A DNA stretch of 21,642 nt, taken from Candidatus Caldarchaeales archaeon (GTDB lineage: Archaea; Thermoproteota; Nitrososphaeria_A; Caldarchaeales; Calditenuaceae). This document shows positions 17,716 through 21,642 of this stretch, piece by piece; the stretch's first letter is position 1; each line of letters begins with the position of its first letter. The notes under the pieces were generated by a model. It made no database searches. It was not told the DNA's origin and worked only from the letters and a program-made list of their open reading frames with translations. The stretch is from assembly GCA_039630085.1 (NCBI GenBank), contig JBCNVM010000015.1, positions 1 to 21,642 of the forward strand, written 5' to 3'. A program made the position numbers and the translations under genes.

Positions 17716-18859
17716 CCACCTCCCGCGCCCTCTCGTGATCGACAACGCCCCTGGTGACGTAGACCCTGTAGATCTTCAGGGGCCTCGAGGTCATCTCGAT
17801 GATCCAGGAGGACCTCACGGGGACGCCGGCGGGCCAGTCGATCGTTATCGGGGGTGACGCATAGCTCCTGAGCGGCGGGAGCGTCGAGGAGTCGAAGTAG
17901 ACGTGGGACCTCTCGACCCCGAGGGCCTCGCTCACCTCCACCTCGACCTCCTCCGCGGAGAGCTCCCCGCCCTCGGCCTCGCCGGGTCCCAGCTGCACCT
18001 CCATCACCATCTTCGGGAGCCTCCTCCTCTCGAGGGCGTCGATCGCCCACCTGGACCTCGGGTCGAACTTGAGCCTCGTCCAAACGGTGTAGTCGTCGTG
18101 GGAGAGGTACTCGGGGACGTCCATGGAGGCGAAGTCGAGGCCGTCCCGCATCACCGCCTCGTATCCCCTGAGGAATGTGAGCTGAGCGGCCCTCACCGCG
18201 TGGTGGAAGTAGACGTTGAGGAAGGAGTGGTGCCTCGCGATCGCTAGCTCCTCCATCGCGCCGATCGCCCTCGCCTCGAGGTGGAGGCCGTCCTCCCTCA
18301 GCCTCGTGAGGTGAATGAGCCTCCTGACGTCGACGATCCCGTAGGTCGCGCCGGTGAAGTAGGCGTCCCTCAGGAGGAAGTCGAGCCTGTCGACGTCGAG
18401 GGGACCCGAGACGACGCTGCTCAGTCTGTGCCTCCCCTCGAGGACGTCAGTCACGTCCCTCGGGTCGACCCCGGCGCCCTCCAGCGCGCCCCTGAGCTCC
18501 TCATCCCCCCTCACGATCCTGCATCCCATCCCTTCATGGGTGATCCCCCTCCTCAGCAGGGTCACCTCGAGCAGGTGGGAATAGGGCGTGTGGCCGACGT
18601 CGTGGAGGAGCGCCGCGGCCTTCAGGAGCCTCGACTCCTCCTCGTCGAGCCTCAGGTGCCTCGCGAACTCCTCGGCAAGGGCCATGCAGCCCAGCGAGTG
18701 GTCGAACCTCGTGTGCCTCGCCCCGGGGTAGACGAGGTGCGAGAGGGGGAGCTGCTGGATCCTCCTGAGCCTCTGGAAAGCATAGGAGTCGACGACCCCG
18801 AGGAGCCCGTCCTCGACGACGACGTAGCCGTGGATCGGGTCCTTGATCAGCTTCGGCAA
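17672..18859 (-). CDS. HD-superfamily phosphohydrolase (dNTP triphosphohydrolase / SAMHD1-like family)
   Basis: IKDPIHG, FQRLRRIQQL, YPGARHTRFDHSLG, AALLHDVGHTPYSH, LDVDRLDFLLRD and VYFHH. Confidence 0.92.
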   Translation of the reverse strand: MPKLIKDPIHGYVVVEDGLLGVVDSYAFQRLRRIQQLPLSHLVYPGARHTRFDHSLGCMALAEEFARHLRLDEEESRLLKAAALLHDVGHTPYSHLLEVTLLRRGITHEGMGCRIVRGDEELRGALEGAGVDPRDVTDVLEGRHRLSSVVSGPLDVDRLDFLLRDAYFTGATYGIVDVRRLIHLTRLREDGLHLEARAIGAMEELAIARHHSFLNVYFHHAVRAAQLTFLRGYEAVMRDGLDFASMDVPEYLSHDDYTVWTRLKFDPRSRWAIDALERRRLPKMVMEVQLGPGEAEGGELSAEEVEVEVSEALGVERSHVYFDSSTLPPLRSYASPPITIDWPAGVPVRSSWIIEMTSRPLKIYRVYVTRGVVDHERAREVVREVFAGRGLLSRR

Positions 18860-18861
18860 CC

Positions 18862-19830
18862 TCAGCCCGACCCCGCCGCCCGAGCCTTATCGCTTTTGGC
18901 CGCCGATGAGAGATAGGCCCTCGCGATAGCCTCCGCCTTCCTCACCGCGTCGAGCGCGTCAAGCCCGAAGACGTAGGTCGTCGGCTCAAGGCCCGGCCCT
19001 CCCTCGTCGATCACGACGTTCACCTGCTCGCCCCTCGAGAGGGCCTCCACCACCGCCGCGACGACCTCGTCCTCCCCCGCGGCCTGCCTCCGCTCCGTGA
19101 ACCTGTAGCTCAGCCCCGCGACCTTAACGGCCTCCAGGACCCCGGCGTCGTACTTCAGGTTCATCACCGCCGACCACCTCACGCCCCTCCTCTTCGCCCC
19201 CAGTAGGACGGAGGCCAGGTGCCTCGAGGTACCGAAGGCAGGCCTGCTCACCGCCCTGAGGTGGGAACCGACCCTGACTATCCTTCCGGGTATCGCGGCG
19301 ACGTCGTCGAGGCCCTTCGGCTGCCTGAGGGACTCCGCTATGTTGATCGAGACCTCCGGCGCAAGGTGGACGAGGATCGGGCTGGACTCGATCGCCTTCA
19401 ACGCCCTCTCGAGGCTGCTGAGGACCGAGAGCTGCTCCGCGCCGCCCGTCGAGCCGAGCTTGAGGCAGACGTCGCAGTCGGCGAGCTCAGGGTAGAGGGA
19501 CCTGTGGTGCTCGCAGAGGTAGCCCTTCGCGAGGAAGCTCCTCCAGGCGGTGATGACCGTCTCGGTGGACTTCACGGCGTCGTGGAGCACGTCCTCCGCC
19601 AGCGAGTCGACCAAGGCCTCGAGGTCCTCCTCCGGTATCCCGAAGGCCTCGAGCCTCTCCCGGAACCTGGCCTGGGGCGTGGAGAGGTAGTAGCTGACGG
19701 CGGCCTGCGTGACGTTCAGCGACCTCGCGATCCTCGACTGCGATATGCCCTTCGACCTGAGCCTGTGGGCCAGAAGGCCCCTGAGGGCCGGGAGGAAGGA
19801 CTCGACCAGTATCTCCTCGGGGGGCCGCAT
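18862..19830 (-). CDS. thiR: ThiR-type thiamine regulator: N-terminal HTH fused to a ThiN thiamine-phosphate synthase domain
   Basis: HTH region ISQSRIARSLNVTQAAVSYY, a C-x2-H...C-x2-C linker (LCEHH...DCDVC), and a ThiN domain with PEVSINIA, DVAAIPGRI, PAFGTSRHLA, MNLKY and DEGGPGLEP. Confidence 0.8.
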   Translation of the reverse strand: MRPPEEILVESFLPALRGLLAHRLRSKGISQSRIARSLNVTQAAVSYYLSTPQARFRERLEAFGIPEEDLEALVDSLAEDVLHDAVKSTETVITAWRSFLAKGYLCEHHRSLYPELADCDVCLKLGSTGGAEQLSVLSSLERALKAIESSPILVHLAPEVSINIAESLRQPKGLDDVAAIPGRIVRVGSHLRAVSRPAFGTSRHLASVLLGAKRRGVRWSAVMNLKYDAGVLEAVKVAGLSYRFTERRQAAGEDEVVAAVVEALSRGEQVNVVIDEGGPGLEPTTYVFGLDALDAVRKAEAIARAYLSSAAKSDKARAAGSG

Positions 19831-19885
19831 CCGGATAGACCCGTAGCGTCCGGAATTTCGCTGTTCCCAGGGGCTACGGGGCGCC

Positions 19886-20251
19886 TCAGGTCCTCTGGCT
19901 GGCCGACTCCTCCACCGACCTCCTCGCCTCCGCGAGGGCGCTCCTCACCTCCTCAGCGTCGACCCTCCTGTAGAGCTCGAGCTGGAGGCTCTCCATGTCC
20001 CACTCGAGCGTCCTGTCCCTGAGCCTGTAGTTCACCGTGACCCTGACGACGTCGGTCTTCTTCAGCCCCATCCTCTCCACGATGACCTCGTAGAGGAGCG
20101 CGTTGATCACGCCCGCGGCCTTCGCGACCTCCTCCGAGTCGAGCTGGCCCGTCTGGACGAGGGACTTCAGCTGGGCGAAGAGGACCCTCCTGAGCTTGTA
20201 CGCGTAGCCTCCCGCGGTCACGAAGCCCGTCCTGACGGTCCCGGGTATCAC
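19886..20251 (-). CDS. DUF2258 / ThermoDBP-related single-stranded nucleic acid-binding protein
   Basis: RTGFVTAGGYAYKLRRVLFAQL, LYE......L.K.DVVRV.V.Y and W......LELY, followed by a helical C-terminus. Start moved to GTG 20251. Confidence 0.75.
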   Translation of the reverse strand: MIPGTVRTGFVTAGGYAYKLRRVLFAQLKSLVQTGQLDSEEVAKAAGVINALLYEVIVERMGLKKTDVVRVTVNYRLRDRTLEWDMESLQLELYRRVDAEEVRSALAEARRSVEESASQRT

Positions 20252-20369
20252 GCGTTCGGCCAACCCGCGCGGACTTGGCCCGTAACAGTATAAGCGTTTG
20301 CCGTGGAAGTCATGGCGGAATTCCGCTCGCAATCCCTTTAAGACGCTTCAAGACCGTCGGGCAACGGAG

Positions 20370-20648
20370 ATGGAGGACCAGATAGGGAGGATCGCGGTGA
20401 AGAAGCGCGGCAGGGAGGCTGGACTGAAGTGCGTCGTCGTCGACGTGGTCAGGGACGACATGCTCCTGGTCACGGGGCCGAAGGACGTCTCCGGCGTAAG
20501 GAGGAGGAGGGCGAACGTGATGCACCTCGCCTTCACGCCGCACAGGGTCAGGATAAGGAAGGGAGCATCCGACGAGGAGGTAAGGAGGGCGCTGGAGGAG
20601 GCGGGGCTGCTGGACTACGTCCGGAGCAGGGTCAGGGTCGAGGCCTAG
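20370..20648 (+). CDS. rpl14e: 50S ribosomal protein L14e
   Basis: IGRIAVKKRGREAGLKCVVVDVV...LLVTGPKDVSGVRRRRANVMHL...GASDEEV. ATG at 20370 with CTTTAAG about 28 nt upstream. Confidence 0.93.
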   Translation: MEDQIGRIAVKKRGREAGLKCVVVDVVRDDMLLVTGPKDVSGVRRRRANVMHLAFTPHRVRIRKGASDEEVRRALEEAGLLDYVRSRVRVEA

Positions 20649-20662
20649 GCGTCGGGCTGACC

Positions 20663-21310
20663 ATGAGGGCGAGGGAGCTTCTGGAGAACGTGAGGAGGGA
20701 GCTCGGGCCGCTCAACTCCTCGATCCTCGAGTGCGCGTACCTGAGGGACGCCAGGGAGGGGAGGCTCGACTTGGACGCGATCAGGCTCTTCGTCGAGAAC
20801 CAGTTCTACATCGTCCACCACGACGCCAGGAGCCTCGCCGCGATGGCATCGAGGGCCTCCGACGACCTCGAGCTGGAGTACTTCATGAGGCTCGCGCAAG
20901 GCGACGCGGAAGCGCTGAGGAGGCTGAGGGAGATGGGGAGGGAGCTCGGCCTGGAGCTCCGGAGCGTCGGGGAGGTCAGAGCGATCCCGGAGGCCGTGGG
21001 TTACACGCACTTCCTCTCGCACCTCGCCCTCCACGCGAACCCCGGGGAGCAGGCGTTCGCGCTCGTCGTCAACCTCCCGGTCTGGTCGGAGGCCTGCAGG
21101 AGGCTGCTCCGGGCCCTCAGGGAGAGGTACGGCCTGAAGTCGCTGGGGTTCCTGGAGCTCTTCGCGGAGGTGCCTCCTTGGGTCGAGGAGGAGGGCCTCA
21201 GGGTCTGCGAGCGCTACGTCGACCTCTCGGCGCGTCGGATGAGGCTCTTCGCGGCGCTGGTCCAGCATTACGAGCGGGCCTTCTGGGAGGGGCTCCGCCG
21301 GCTCGGCTGA
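20663..21310 (+). CDS. TenA/THI-4/PqqC-fold protein lacking the canonical catalytic Cys
   Basis: FVENQFYIVHHDARSLA, GYTHFL, VNLPVW (aligning to LPCFW of the first TenA) and a C-terminal YERAFW. Start at ATG 20663. Confidence 0.75.
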   Translation: MRARELLENVRRELGPLNSSILECAYLRDAREGRLDLDAIRLFVENQFYIVHHDARSLAAMASRASDDLELEYFMRLAQGDAEALRRLREMGRELGLELRSVGEVRAIPEAVGYTHFLSHLALHANPGEQAFALVVNLPVWSEACRRLLRALRERYGLKSLGFLELFAEVPPWVEEEGLRVCERYVDLSARRMRLFAALVQHYERAFWEGLRRLG

Positions 21311-21434
21311 GAGGGGAGAGTCAACTTTAAATTGTCGTTTTTCTCTTTAAATATCGCGCCGCAGAAGGCGCACCATCGCAGAATCCCAGACGGGGATTGG
21401 CTCTGCAGGGCGAGGAGAGCGGAAATTCGGCTCG
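21311..21434 (+). promoter_or_regulatory. CRISPR leader
   Basis: Non-coding region with an AT-rich 5' part, two CTTTAAAT TATA-like motifs and an AATCCC-N5-GGGATT palindrome (21382-21398), directly abutting repeat 1. Confidence 0.7.
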
Positions 21435-21642
21435 GAACCTCACGAAGAGGATTGAAAGTTTTCTATTCACCACTCAAAAAGAACAAAAACAAAGTTCAGA
21501 ACCTCACGAAGAGGATTGAAAGATAAGGGTGCCAAAGCCTCTTTCAAAGGCTTGCCTTTAGCGAACCTCACGAAGAGGATTGAAAGTTCTGAAGTCGATA
21601 ATAGAACGTCATGGTGAAAACGCGAACCTCACGAAGAGGATT
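21435..21642 (+). CRISPR. CRISPR array, 24-nt repeat GAACCTCACGAAGAGGATTGAAAG; continues beyond the window
   Basis: Identical repeats at 21435-21458, 21499-21522 and 21563-21586, plus a partial copy at 21624-21642. Unique spacers of 40, 40 and 37 nt. The repeat has a CCTC/GAGG hairpin followed by the ATTGAAAG handle. Confidence 0.97.

Noticed and set aside
17672-18859. HD protein as a Cas3'' or Cas10 nuclease serving the CRISPR array
   Set aside because: Its motifs (DPIHG, QRLRRIQQL, HTRFDHSLG) are those of the widespread dNTPase-like HD family, not Cas HD domains.
412-21330. Many long overlapping ORFs in the track (e.g. 412-1221, 1503-3320, 11843-12814, 14488-15879, 16210-17745)
   Set aside because: These are shadow ORFs of GC-rich genes, rich in Arg/Pro/Gly and without recognisable motifs. 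Only the segment of 14488-15879 at about 15515-15680 is real (the MNT C-terminus).
21332-21526. 64-aa ORF over the leader and array
   Set aside because: It reads through CRISPR repeats and is spurious.
21523-21562. Spacer 2 contains CTTTCAA (complement of the repeat end) inside an AAGCCT/AGGCTT hairpin, resembling an anti-repeat or tracr element
   Set aside because: The match is only 7 nt and lies in a normal-length spacer, so it is likely chance.

Overview
GC-rich, AGG-codon-biased DNA from a thermophilic archaeon (rpl14e, ThiR, DUF2258/ThermoDBP-like protein, TATA-type promoters, 24-nt CRISPR repeats ending ATTGAAAG). It probably belongs to a TACK lineage, but that is inference. From left to right: truncated sufS, tenA, a glycoside module (GH1, MFS, GH4), and a lower-GC block encoding an Asp/Glu-racemase/maleate-isomerase-family enzyme plus a Liv-type ABC transporter split over both strands. 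Then come hydantoinase/oxoprolinase A+B, a decayed HEPN-MNT toxin-antitoxin pair, a candidate atypical box C/D sRNA, PfpI/DJ-1, an NAD-dependent epimerase, an HD phosphohydrolase, ThiR, DUF2258, rpl14e and a second Cys-less TenA. The window ends in a CRISPR leader plus array that runs off the edge, and no cas genes are visible. The most notable leads are the C/D-like RNA with apparent bipartite complementarity to the 23S rRNA peptidyl-transferase region, the putative cyclic-amide catabolic module, and the two divergent TenA paralogues near ThiR.
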